64,000 nucleotides of DNA from contig JANNXQ010000259.1 of the NCBI GenBank assembly GCA_031409655.1, positions 1 through 64,000 on the forward strand, in the 5' to 3' direction. A program made the translations under genes and the position numbers. The notes beneath the pieces were generated by a model. The model made no database searches and had not been told where the DNA came from. It saw only the letters and a program-made list of their open reading frames with translations. This stretch comes from Chthoniobacteraceae bacterium (lineage in GTDB: Bacteria; Verrucomicrobiota; Verrucomicrobiia; Chthoniobacterales; Chthoniobacteraceae). Of the stretch, positions 9,860 through 19,363 are shown in pieces. The stretch's first letter is position 1. Each line of letters opens with the position of its first letter.

Positions 9860-12800
9860 TCACGGAGCCGTGACCTTGAGCCGGGCAAAGCGCGCGGGGA
9901 TGCCGGTGCCGGTGGGAATGGTGGCCTTGACGGTCTGCACGGTGCCGTTGTCGGTGAGGATCGTCTGCGTGACGCCGGTAGCGGACCAGGAATTCGTGGC
10001 GAGAATGTCGCTCCACTCGACGGTGAAGAGGATGCCACCGGTGAGCGCGGCTTTGCTGCGGGTGTAGGTGATCTCCACGGCGCTGGCCGTGTGGATGGCA
10101 GAGAGTGTGACGAAGGAGGTGGCGTTGGGGTTCTGCCCGGTGGCGTATTCGAGGAGGTTCGCTTCGCCGTCACCATCGGTGTCTTGCAGAGCGTCAGCGG
10201 GCGCCGTCGGATCGAGTTGATTGGTGACTTCCCACACGTCGGGGATGCCGTTTTCGTTGAAGTCGCCGTCGCTGCCGATGATGGCGTCGATGCTGACGGT
10301 GCCGGTGGTGTTGGGCGGATCGAAGCGCAGGGCTTTGATGGTGTGGCCGGTCCAATTGGTGTTGGCGGCGACGTTGACGGCATACCATTTATAGACGCTG
10401 CCTGCGGGCACGGAGAAGGTCACGGAGTTGGTGGCGCTGATGCCGGTAAGTTCGTTGCTGAAGAAAAGTTGGGCGCTGCCGCCGGCGCTGCTTTTCATGC
10501 GCACGAGCACGATGGGGACGTTGTTGCCGGGAATGTTCATGGCGGTGCTGCGATTGAACTGTGGGTCGGCACCGCTGAGCGTGGTGGAGAGTGCTCCGCC
10601 GGACACGGTGGCACCGGTGGCTGTGGCGTTGGCTGTCCAGCCTTCGAAGTTGGCGTCGTAGTTGAAGAGGTAGGCGAAGCGGCCGAAGGGGAGTTCATCG
10701 ACGGTGATGAGGAAGGTCTCGGTGCTGGTGAGTGTGCCATCGCTGACGGTGAGTGTGAGGGTGGATGCGCCGCTTTGCATGAAGGCTGGTGTGATGGTAA
10801 CGGTGCGATTGGCTCCGCTGCCTCCGATGACGATGCTGCTCAGCGGGACGAGCTGTGTGTTGGAAGATGCGACGCTGAGTTGAAGCGATGCCGCGGTGGA
10901 GTTGAGGTCGCCAATGGTGAATGGGATCGCGGTGGTCGCGGAGTTTAAGGGCAATGTTTGATCTGCGATGGCGCTGATGGCTGGCGGGAGATCGACGGGG
11001 GCGTTGGTGGTGACGGTGGGCGTTGTGTTGGTGGTGAAGGCGATGTTGAACTGCGTGTTCGTGCCAGATTGCGAGACGGCTTTGCGGCCCTGGTATTGCA
11101 GGCTGGCACCATCGCCGACGTAGAGTGAACCGGTGCCGGTGCCTTTGTCGGTGATGATGGCAAAGCGGCCGGTGAAGGCGATGCCGAGCGTGTCGTCGGT
11201 GTAGCTGTCGGTCGGGGCGACGTTGGAGAGGATGTATTGGACGATGTTCTGCGCGGCGACGGTGCTTTCGACTTTGAGTCCGACGACGATGCCGGCTTTT
11301 TCGAGCTTGGTGACATTGGTCACGGTGCCGCTGGTGGCGGTGCCTTGATGGGTTTCGTAAATGGTGGTGAAAGGGCGATTCCATGCTTCACCGACTTGGC
11401 GGACGGCTAGCACGGGTGCGACTTGCGTGTCGTAAGGCGCGGGGCCTGCGAGAATCGCTGGCGTGCTGGCTTTGGCGTATTCGCGACCTGTCGCGCCGGG
11501 CATGATCAGCTCCATGTAAGTCGGCACGGAGTTGATCGTGGCGGTGAAACGACCACGCACGGTTTGATCATAAGTGGCGGATGCTTGAGTGCCGGTGAAG
11601 TAGCGCCAACCGGGTTGCTGGTAAACATCGCCGATATCGGTTTGAAAACGGCTCGCCTGACTCGTCAGCGGGAGTGCAGTGGTGTCGGTTTGCGTGAGGT
11701 CGAGTGAGTCGCCGAGGTTGTGATAGAGGTAATCGTGGAACTGATTCGAGACGGTGGATTTCGAGCGATAGATGTCCACGTAGTAGCCGGTGGATTGCGA
11801 GGTGCGCACGATGGCCATAGTGCGCTGTTGGGTGCCTTCAGCAGCGGTGCCCATGGTGTCGGCAAAGGTGGTGCAGGTGAAGGAGTTGTCCGGTGAGACG
11901 GCTGGCTGCGAGGCTGCGGGTTCCATCGCGGCGACTTGCACGAGGTTCATCGCAAGGTCGCCCCAGCCGCCGTCTCCTTGCGTGGCGCCATTGACGATCA
12001 CCGTGTTGTGCGCAGCGGCGACTCGATAGTAGTTCTCGTGTGTGGCGGAGCCGTAAGTGCCTTTGCCGCCTTCTGCGCCGAGCACGATGCCTTTGCCATA
12101 GAGTTCCATGTTCATGCCGTGCGCATGTTGATGGACATAGGAGCCGCCGCCGCAGACAAAATACATCAGCGCATTGGCAGCGCTGTTGTTCGTCGGGAAA
12201 TTGCGCTGCAAGGCGAGGCCGGGATAGGAGAGCGTATCCGAGCGTGGAATCGAGAGAGCGACGGGCGCTTCGGTCACGGTATCGGCGAACCAAAACAGCG
12301 ACATCGCGTCCTGCATGGCGGCAGTAACTTGGTCGGAGCGTTTGTATTTAAACTTCGCCACCGCGTCATTGATGAGCGCTCCATACTGCGCTTTCAGGTC
12401 GGGCAGATTGCGCTCGATGGCACGGCGATACACCATCTCGTATTCGAAATACGGGATCTCATAGTTGTCGTCGTTGTGGTAGTCGCCGAAGTGAATCTGC
12501 ACGCTGTTGGGGAAGACGAACTGGAAGTTCCGTGGCATCGACTTCAGCACATTTGGATACGCGCTATACAGATTGAGCGTGGGGTCATAGTGCTCCAGCA
12601 GCGTCATGAGATGCGAGTGCGCCTTGTTGACGTCATTGGAGTATGACAAAGGCTCGGGCCAGATATCGCCGGGGTTCACGTATCTCGCGGCCATCGTCTG
12701 GAGCGACGAAAAATTGGGCGCATCGGTTGTGAGGTAAGTGTTGAGCGAGGTGGCACGTTCGCTGGAACTGTCCAAGGCCAGGACGTTGTGAACGAGACAG

Positions 12801-15193
12801 CCCGACATGTTCGCGGACCAGTTGTTGCCGTCCTGACTGTTGTCCCGCATGAGCTGGTAGTATTTGCGGAACACGGCCTGCGCATCAGTGAAGTCGAACG
12901 CGACATTGCTGCCTCCCGTGGTGCCGAGTTGATAGACTTGATTCCCCGCCTGAAGCCAATCGTAGAGGAAGTCATACATCACGGGCAATTGCGTGCCCAA
13001 GGCCGGTCCCTCGCCGAGCAGTCCATCCGAGAGTATCCAACCATTTGCCGTGGCCGTCACATTGTTCAGCCCTTGAATGGCGTTGTGCAAAATGTCTGCA
13101 GCACATTGAGCATACGCGACATTGCCCGTGAGGTGATACATCACAGCGCAGTCCACGCCGACATTGAAACGCGCCACGGCAGTGGTGTCGGTGGCCGAGG
13201 TGGTGGTCTGCGTGAACTTCGGCACACCGGTCGTGGTCGTGAGAGGCATGGCTCGCAGATAGGTGTCGCGATTGGCTGCGACTGCGGCATCAGCACGATC
13301 TTCCATCATCGCAAACTGCGCCGTGGCCCAGCCTGCATTGCGCAGCTTTGCCAAAACGCCATCGCGCTCCGACATGCGTGACCAAATAAATGGCCGCGAC
13401 GAAACGCCGGTGCGCGGCGACACGCTGAGCACACCGGTGGGCGAAACATTCGTCGCATTCCCCGTCGCCATCACGCGCGCCGTGCCAGAGCCATTGCCTT
13501 TGAACACCGCACTCTTGCCATCCGCAGCGACGACGAGATCACGACTCAAAACGCCGCCTGTCATGTCCTTGAGCGACCACGCTGCGTTCACATTGGCGAT
13601 AAAACTCCCATCCCCTGCACGCGAGATCGCATACAGCGTCAATGCTTGCCCCGAGGCGAGGAGTTGCGATGGCACGGGTGCATTCGCGCTGCCATTCGCA
13701 GCCGTCTCGATTTGGATCAGCGGCACCAGCGCACTGCTGCTCGGCCCTGGACTGGCAGGTGCCATGAGGTCTGCGAACGTCTTCGTCAGTGCCAGGGAAT
13801 CAAACGTTGCCTTATCACCCGAGTCCACACCGGAGGCCCGCAGATTCACCGACGAGATCGAAGTGATGCCCAGATCCTGAATCAGTTGCATCTGACCATT
13901 CGGAAATGCCGTCTCAGCATTCGTCGCAGGATTCACCCAACCTGTGACCTTGTTGTAATTGCCACCAGCGGTCTTCTCGATTTTCAAAACGAGATACCGC
14001 GTATCCGTCACATAGCCGCTGGAACCGATCCATTCATCTTGGGCTAAGTTCTCCGCCGGGACGCTGGTTCCCTTGCCGAGGAAATAGTAGCCATATTGCC
14101 CGCTCGAAGGCAGCCCTGTGACGCCGAAATTGATGCCGTTCGTCGTGTCCGTTGCGCTGTTCGTCAGCGAGACCGCATACGTGTCACCCGTGTTGGGATT
14201 GCCGCCGAGTTTGATCAGCAAGCCGACATAAAACGTTCCCGTTTGCGCCGTGGTCAGTTGTCGTGTCGCAGGCACACCCGCACCCGTGCCCGCGATATCC
14301 ACGCCCTTCACGCCGCCGATCATCGCCCCGCCCGCAGGCACCACGAAGATAGTGCTCGCCACCGTTGTCGCCGTGAGCGAACCCGCCGCGCCCGCAACCC
14401 AGCCACCCGCCCAGCCATATCCGCTCGCTCCTTTTCCCGCGAGTGCGCCGGAGTAGCTATCGAAGTTATCCGATGCAATCACCGTCACCAGCGGAGGTGC
14501 GGAAGGCCCAGGATTCACCGCGTAATTGATCTGCGGCCAGATCGCGACATTTCCCGCCGCTCCTTCCGCCGAGGTCAGCGTGTAGCGATTTCCACCCGCC
14601 ACCGCACTCTGCGAACTGAAACGCAAAAACACAAACTGCCCCGCACCTGCACCGCCTGCGTATTGCGCATTGAGATAGCTCATGAGATTCGCACTCCCCA
14701 CGACGCTCGTGGTTGTGACGCCGATGCTCGAGGTCGGGATGAGCGCATTGTTTTGCAGCAAGGTCGCATCCGTAGCGTCCAGCGCGGTGGTCGCGCCATA
14801 GTAGTCGCCCGCCAAAAGCGTCGCACTCGCCCGCCGCCCCAAACCATACAGATCCACGATCGGCGGAGTGCCAAGCACGCTCGCGTAGTTGAACGAAAAC
14901 GAAGCGCTCATGAACGGATTGCTCACTGCCCCCAAACTCGGCAACTGAAACGCCATCACCACCGAGCGATCCGTCACCACCGTCCCCACACCGCCCACGT
15001 TCATCGTCGTCGTCGTCCCATCCGCAAAGGCACCGGTGGACTGAACCGCACCGTCGGTGGCATTGCTGTAAAGCGTCTGCGCTTGGGTCGGCCCGGCTAG
15101 CAGGAAAGCCAGTGAGAGAGCAGTCGCGAGACGCTTGAGATGAGATTGAAAAAAGAACATCGCTGAATTAACCGGCAGATATTGGCATTTCAT
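9860..15193 (-). CDS. Secreted heparinase II/III-like polysaccharide lyase with several accessory beta domains and the shared C-terminal cassette
   Basis: Signal peptide (...AGPTQA|Q); heparinase II/III-type motifs HQHAHGMNMELYGKG and HENYYRVAAAHNTVIVNG; ends ...FARLKVTAP. Alternative start at 15160. Confidence 0.75.
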   Translation of the reverse strand: MKCQYLPVNSAMFFFQSHLKRLATALSLAFLLAGPTQAQTLYSNATDGAVQSTGAFADGTTTTMNVGGVGTVVTDRSVVMAFQLPSLGAVSNPFMSASFSFNYASVLGTPPIVDLYGLGRRASATLLAGDYYGATTALDATDATLLQNNALIPTSSIGVTTTSVVGSANLMSYLNAQYAGGAGAGQFVFLRFSSQSAVAGGNRYTLTSAEGAAGNVAIWPQINYAVNPGPSAPPLVTVIASDNFDSYSGALAGKGASGYGWAGGWVAGAAGSLTATTVASTIFVVPAGGAMIGGVKGVDIAGTGAGVPATRQLTTAQTGTFYVGLLIKLGGNPNTGDTYAVSLTNSATDTTNGINFGVTGLPSSGQYGYYFLGKGTSVPAENLAQDEWIGSSGYVTDTRYLVLKIEKTAGGNYNKVTGWVNPATNAETAFPNGQMQLIQDLGITSISSVNLRASGVDSGDKATFDSLALTKTFADLMAPASPGPSSSALVPLIQIETAANGSANAPVPSQLLASGQALTLYAISRAGDGSFIANVNAAWSLKDMTGGVLSRDLVVAADGKSAVFKGNGSGTARVMATGNATNVSPTGVLSVSPRTGVSSRPFIWSRMSERDGVLAKLRNAGWATAQFAMMEDRADAAVAANRDTYLRAMPLTTTTGVPKFTQTTTSATDTTAVARFNVGVDCAVMYHLTGNVAYAQCAADILHNAIQGLNNVTATANGWILSDGLLGEGPALGTQLPVMYDFLYDWLQAGNQVYQLGTTGGSNVAFDFTDAQAVFRKYYQLMRDNSQDGNNWSANMSGCLVHNVLALDSSSERATSLNTYLTTDAPNFSSLQTMAARYVNPGDIWPEPLSYSNDVNKAHSHLMTLLEHYDPTLNLYSAYPNVLKSMPRNFQFVFPNSVQIHFGDYHNDDNYEIPYFEYEMVYRRAIERNLPDLKAQYGALINDAVAKFKYKRSDQVTAAMQDAMSLFWFADTVTEAPVALSIPRSDTLSYPGLALQRNFPTNNSAANALMYFVCGGGSYVHQHAHGMNMELYGKGIVLGAEGGKGTYGSATHENYYRVAAAHNTVIVNGATQGDGGWGDLAMNLVQVAAMEPAASQPAVSPDNSFTCTTFADTMGTAAEGTQQRTMAIVRTSQSTGYYVDIYRSKSTVSNQFHDYLYHNLGDSLDLTQTDTTALPLTSQASRFQTDIGDVYQQPGWRYFTGTQASATYDQTVRGRFTATINSVPTYMELIMPGATGREYAKASTPAILAGPAPYDTQVAPVLAVRQVGEAWNRPFTTIYETHQGTATSGTVTNVTKLEKAGIVVGLKVESTVAAQNIVQYILSNVAPTDSYTDDTLGIAFTGRFAIITDKGTGTGSLYVGDGASLQYQGRKAVSQSGTNTQFNIAFTTNTTPTVTTNAPVDLPPAISAIADQTLPLNSATTAIPFTIGDLNSTAASLQLSVASSNTQLVPLSSIVIGGSGANRTVTITPAFMQSGASTLTLTVSDGTLTSTETFLITVDELPFGRFAYLFNYDANFEGWTANATATGATVSGGALSTTLSGADPQFNRSTAMNIPGNNVPIVLVRMKSSAGGSAQLFFSNELTGISATNSVTFSVPAGSVYKWYAVNVAANTNWTGHTIKALRFDPPNTTGTVSIDAIIGSDGDFNENGIPDVWEVTNQLDPTAPADALQDTDGDGEANLLEYATGQNPNATSFVTLSAIHTASAVEITYTRSKAALTGGILFTVEWSDILATNSWSATGVTQTILTDNGTVQTVKATIPTGTGIPARFARLKVTAP

Positions 15194-15296
15194 TCTGACA
15201 GATCGGCTCCATATCTGATAGCAAATCTTGTGTCGGATTCAGCCGATGAGGGAAACAACCGAGACTGAGCCGAAGGTTCCTGGGACTGCGGCAGCA

Positions 15297-15324
15297 CTCT
15301 TCGTTCTTCGCTCTTCGTTCTCCG
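15297..15324. repeat. Heptamer tandem repeat, (Y)TCTTCG x4
   Basis: CTCTTCG TTCTTCG CTCTTCG TTCTCCG immediately beyond the stop codon of 15326..18991. Confidence 0.6.
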
Positions 15325-15325
15325 A

Positions 15326-18300
15326 TCAAGGCCTCGTCACTTTCAAATGCAAAAACCGCCGCATGATACCGCTGCCCGCAGGCACGGTGACTTTAATCTG
15401 CTGCGTGGTGCCGTTGTCGCTGAGGATCGTCGGTGCGCTAACGTTAGTGGTACTCCAGTCGTTGCCGAGGGTGTCGCTCCATTCGACGAGGTAGGTGAGG
15501 TCGGTGGCGGATTTGTTTTTGGTGTAGATGAAGTCGAGGGTCGCGGTGGCTTTGGTGACGGAGGCTGGGACGGGATCGCCGGCGTTGGGGTTCATCGCGG
15601 TGGCGTGTTCGACGAGATTGCCGATGCCATCGTTGTCGGGATCAGCGAGGTCTCCGGCGATGAGCGGGTTGTTGGCGTTGGTGCTGAAGTTCGTGCTTTG
15701 CCAGGTTTGCCGTGCGGAGGGAGTGATGCGGGTGAGGAGCACATCGTTGCCGGTGCCGCCGATGTAGCTGATGCGCCACCACTGGCTGTCTTCGAAAAAC
15801 TCCGCGCCTTCCTGCAGGCCGGTGAAGGTGCCGATGATGGCAGTGGAGTTGCCGCTGTTGTCGATGATGCGGAAGGTGCTGCCTGCGGCGAGGCCGGGAA
15901 CGGCGACGAGGTCGAGTGTGCCTGCCAGGGTCATGCTGCTGCTAGCGCTGGTGAGGCGAAGCTGATCGTATTGCGTGCTGGCGGTGGTGCCATTGATACG
16001 AACTCGCAGCGTGCCGGCGCCGTCCACGGCGAGGCCGCCATTCACAGTGCGGATGCCGGTTGCCGAACCGAGTGCGAGAGTGCCGCCATCGACGGTGATG
16101 CCGCTGTTTAGACTGCCGGCGAGATCGAGCGTGCCTGCCTGCACGGTGGTGCCGCCGGTGAAGGTATTCGCGCCGCTTAGTGTGACCGTGTCGCCAGTCG
16201 TTTTCGTCAATGCGCCAGGGCCGCCGAGACGCGCACTCACGGTCCCACTGCGCACATCGTAGCTCGTGCCCGCGAGGAATTGGGCGGAAGTCCCGGTGCT
16301 ATTCACGATGTTGCCGCCCGCGAGAACCACAGGACCGACCGATTCGGTGAAAGCGTTCAGGTCAAAGATGGCGCCGGTATTCACGGTAACATCCAGCGAA
16401 CCGTTGAATCGCTCGCTTGCTCCGAGTTGCAGTGTGCCGGCTTGCAGATCCAGCGCACCGGGCGTGCTCATGGTGCCCGCCACCGTGAGCGTCGCCGCGC
16501 CCTCTTTGATGTAGGTGCCGGTGCCGCCCCAGTTGTTCGTCGCCGTCCGGTCGATGGCTTCGTCGTAGATGACCGTCCCGCTATTCACGACGGCTCCCGG
16601 CAGGGCGGCGAGGTTCGTGATGAGCGTGCCTTGCGAGACTGTGGTGGTGCCGGTGTGCGAGGCGAGACCGTTGAGCCGCAGGGTGCCGGTGCTGGCTTTC
16701 GTGAAGGCACCTGCTCCAGTAATCGCCCCATTCATGATTGTGGTGCCGCTGCCAGCGAAGGTCAGCGCGAACGCCCCGGCAGTGGTATCCAGGGCGCTTT
16801 CGAGCGTGAGCGTGCCGCTGCCAGCACCGCTGCCGATTCTGGCTGCGGCGTCCATCTCGACCAGTCCGCTGAAACTCACCGCGCTGTTGTCTGCCACATC
16901 CAGCGCCCCTGACGCGCTGGTCTCGCCATTGCCTGCGAGGTGGACGATCTCCGCGCCGGTGAAGTTCACGCCGCCCGCCAGCGCCAGCGTCGCGCCGCTC
17001 GTCACCGTGGTGCTGCCAGCGGTCGTGCCGAGCGCTGCGTTGTGGGTCACGACAAGCGTGCCATTCTGAATGTCCACCGTGCCGGTGAAGGCATTGGCGT
17101 TCGTGAGCCACGCCGCACCGGCGTTCGTCTTCACCACGTTGGCGAAGCCTGCGCTGATGCTGCCGCCGATCGTCACGCGCCCGTTGCCCGCGAGCACGAG
17201 CTGGCGGCCTGTGGCGCTGCTCGTCAGTGCGCCGTTGATGTTCAGCGAAGCCGTGGGCGCAGTGCTGTAGTTAGCGAAAGTGAGATCGTTCCGCGCCTGG
17301 ATGGCGGTGTTGATTGTCTGCGCCGTCTCCACATCGCCATTCACCACGATGCCGCCCACGCCGCTGCCGGACGCCAGCGCACCAAGCAGGAACTTGAACG
17401 AGCCCGCCGCGAGCGTCATCGCCGGGCACTGCGGCGTCGTGAAGTAGAGTTCCTTCACGCTCTTGTCCCCCGCGAGGGAGACCGTCGTCCGCGTCGTCGC
17501 ACCATTAAAAACCGCCGCTGCACCCGCCCCCGGCACATCATCCGGCCCCCAGTTTGACGGCGTGCCCCAATTGCCGTCCACCGCTCCAATCCAGCCGGGC
17601 TTCATCCACACGCGCACATTTGCAATGTCCATGCTCGACCCTTCGGTCAGCGGACCGGGCGTGCCTGCGAAAGGGATCACCTTGGTGCTGAACATGACCT
17701 GCATCGGCGTCATGCTCCCGTAGTTCGCGAACTGCGATGCCGTCATCGTGCGGACGAGCGCCCCGTCCCAATACCAGCGCAATACCCCATCCACCGACCA
17801 TTCGAGGCCTGCGGTGTGATAGCCGGGATAAATGTCTGGGACCGTCTGCGTCGCACCGCTGGAGACATGCGCGGGCCGCCAGTCATGCACGTTCATGTGA
17901 TTGTGGTCGTGGAAGTGCGCCTCGGTGATGTCGATCTCGACGATATCCACGTTGTTGCCATGACTGAATGGCGTGTAGAGCCAGAAGGCATTATTCAGCC
18001 CGTCATCACGTCCTATCTGCATGACCGTTTCATAGTAACCGAAGCGCTGCATGAACTGGGAAGTGTAAAGCCCGCCCTCGACCCACTCGGTGCCGTTCCG
18101 CGTCGTGGCGAGATGAAGCTGCCCACCGCTCACGAAGTTATTTGGCCGTCCATCATACACCGACCACGCCGCCGCGTCGTAGGCTGTGCCGTCAAACTCA
18201 TCGGCAAACGTGACCTGCGTGTAACCCGGCAGTGGCTGCTCATTGAGGACAAGCTGCACCGCGTCCGCGACGACCCAGCCGTTTGCCCCGGCGTTACGCA

Positions 18301-18991
18301 AAAGCACATTTCCACTCGTGCCCGCAGCAAAGTCGAACGCACCCAGCTTCACCCATTCGCCGCCATTGGTCTGCTGGTTCACTTGCAGGAAAGTCGTGCC
18401 AGCGGTGGCGTTCACATCCACCCGCGCGTTTGAGGCGCGGTTCGGATCTGCCGCCCAGCGCAAATACACATCGTAGCGCCCAGCGAGTGGCAGCGTGGGT
18501 GTAAAACGTACGCTCTTGCCACCAGTCCCGCCCGTATTGCCATCGAGGAGGTAATTCGTGCCGTAGAAACCAGCGACCCCGCTGCTCGCGGACCACGCGC
18601 CGGTGAGCGTCACGCCGGAGGCGTCCGCATTATCCACCACGATCGCCGGAGTCGCACTGATCGTCAGAGACGGCGCGCCCTCGCCCGTGCCATCCACCGC
18701 CGTGACGCGGTAAAAGTAACGGGTGCCCGCTGCTGCTGTCGTGTCGGTGAAGCTGGTGGTCGTCGGTGAACCCAAGGCGCTGAAGGACCCACCCACCGCC
18801 GTGGCCCGCTTCACACTGTAGCTCGTGGCACCCGCTGCCGCGTCCCAAGCCAAGCCCACTTGTCCCGCGAGCGGCGCAGCGGTGAGCGCCAGATGCGCGG
18901 GCGGCGGCGGAGCGGCGTCTGCGAAACCACCCAGCGCCACCACGATCGACATGGTGAGCAAAAATCGAGGGGAAAAGGAGGTGCGGCTCAT
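15326..18991 (-). CDS. Secreted FN3 + CBM-like + GH16 protein with passenger-associated beta-strand repeats and the shared C-terminal cassette
   Basis: FN3 (LAWDAAAGATSYSVKR..RYFYRVTA); IVVDNAD..LTGAW CBM-like module; GH16 motifs FADEFDG and catalytic EIDITE; repeats such as LTKTTGDTVTLSGANTFTGGTTVQAGTL; ends ...FLHLKVTRP. Start at 18991 chosen (track gives 19021). Confidence 0.8.
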   Translation of the reverse strand: MSRTSFSPRFLLTMSIVVALGGFADAAPPPPAHLALTAAPLAGQVGLAWDAAAGATSYSVKRATAVGGSFSALGSPTTTSFTDTTAAAGTRYFYRVTAVDGTGEGAPSLTISATPAIVVDNADASGVTLTGAWSASSGVAGFYGTNYLLDGNTGGTGGKSVRFTPTLPLAGRYDVYLRWAADPNRASNARVDVNATAGTTFLQVNQQTNGGEWVKLGAFDFAAGTSGNVLLRNAGANGWVVADAVQLVLNEQPLPGYTQVTFADEFDGTAYDAAAWSVYDGRPNNFVSGGQLHLATTRNGTEWVEGGLYTSQFMQRFGYYETVMQIGRDDGLNNAFWLYTPFSHGNNVDIVEIDITEAHFHDHNHMNVHDWRPAHVSSGATQTVPDIYPGYHTAGLEWSVDGVLRWYWDGALVRTMTASQFANYGSMTPMQVMFSTKVIPFAGTPGPLTEGSSMDIANVRVWMKPGWIGAVDGNWGTPSNWGPDDVPGAGAAAVFNGATTRTTVSLAGDKSVKELYFTTPQCPAMTLAAGSFKFLLGALASGSGVGGIVVNGDVETAQTINTAIQARNDLTFANYSTAPTASLNINGALTSSATGRQLVLAGNGRVTIGGSISAGFANVVKTNAGAAWLTNANAFTGTVDIQNGTLVVTHNAALGTTAGSTTVTSGATLALAGGVNFTGAEIVHLAGNGETSASGALDVADNSAVSFSGLVEMDAAARIGSGAGSGTLTLESALDTTAGAFALTFAGSGTTIMNGAITGAGAFTKASTGTLRLNGLASHTGTTTVSQGTLITNLAALPGAVVNSGTVIYDEAIDRTATNNWGGTGTYIKEGAATLTVAGTMSTPGALDLQAGTLQLGASERFNGSLDVTVNTGAIFDLNAFTESVGPVVLAGGNIVNSTGTSAQFLAGTSYDVRSGTVSARLGGPGALTKTTGDTVTLSGANTFTGGTTVQAGTLDLAGSLNSGITVDGGTLALGSATGIRTVNGGLAVDGAGTLRVRINGTTASTQYDQLRLTSASSSMTLAGTLDLVAVPGLAAGSTFRIIDNSGNSTAIIGTFTGLQEGAEFFEDSQWWRISYIGGTGNDVLLTRITPSARQTWQSTNFSTNANNPLIAGDLADPDNDGIGNLVEHATAMNPNAGDPVPASVTKATATLDFIYTKNKSATDLTYLVEWSDTLGNDWSTTNVSAPTILSDNGTTQQIKVTVPAGSGIMRRFLHLKVTRP

Positions 18992-19164
18992 TCGGCAGGG
19001 GAAAGGCAGGTTCCTTACCACAACCCGGCTTGGAATCGACCGATTGTTCCTCGCAAACGTCCCGCGAAGGTCGCGGATTCAGGGCTGGGTCACTTTCCAA
19101 TGCACGAACCGGCGGAGGAGGGGATTCCGGTCGTGCGTTTCGATGAAAGGGTGGGGCGACGACT

Positions 19165-19272
19165 TCACGGCACCAGCCGTGGCAGCGGCGCATTTGCGAT
19201 GGCCGCATTCACCGCGGCGTCGGGGTGCACGCCGTCCTTCTTCAAGCTGGCTTCCGGCACGACGCCGACGGG
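19165..19272 (-). pseudogene. Possible 3' fragment of an SGNH/GDSL hydrolase gene
   Basis: Manual translation PVGVVPEASLKKDGVHPDAAVNAAIANAPLPRLVP* contains a DGVHP block-V-like motif; an in-frame stop lies directly upstream and there is no start codon. Confidence 0.3.
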
Positions 19273-19273
19273 T

Positions 19274-19355
19274 CATGTTCACGAAATGCGCACTTCCATG
19301 CGATCATGCGCAAATTTCCCTGTGTTTTGCACATGAGGCCACCTACATGTTCACG
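19274..19355 (+). promoter_or_regulatory. Candidate operator region upstream of fic
   Basis: Inverted repeat TCATGCGCAAA (19304-19314) / TTTGCACATGA (19326-19336) and a perfect direct repeat CATGTTCACG at 19274 and 19346. Confidence 0.4.
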
Positions 19356-19363
19356 CGCTGCCC

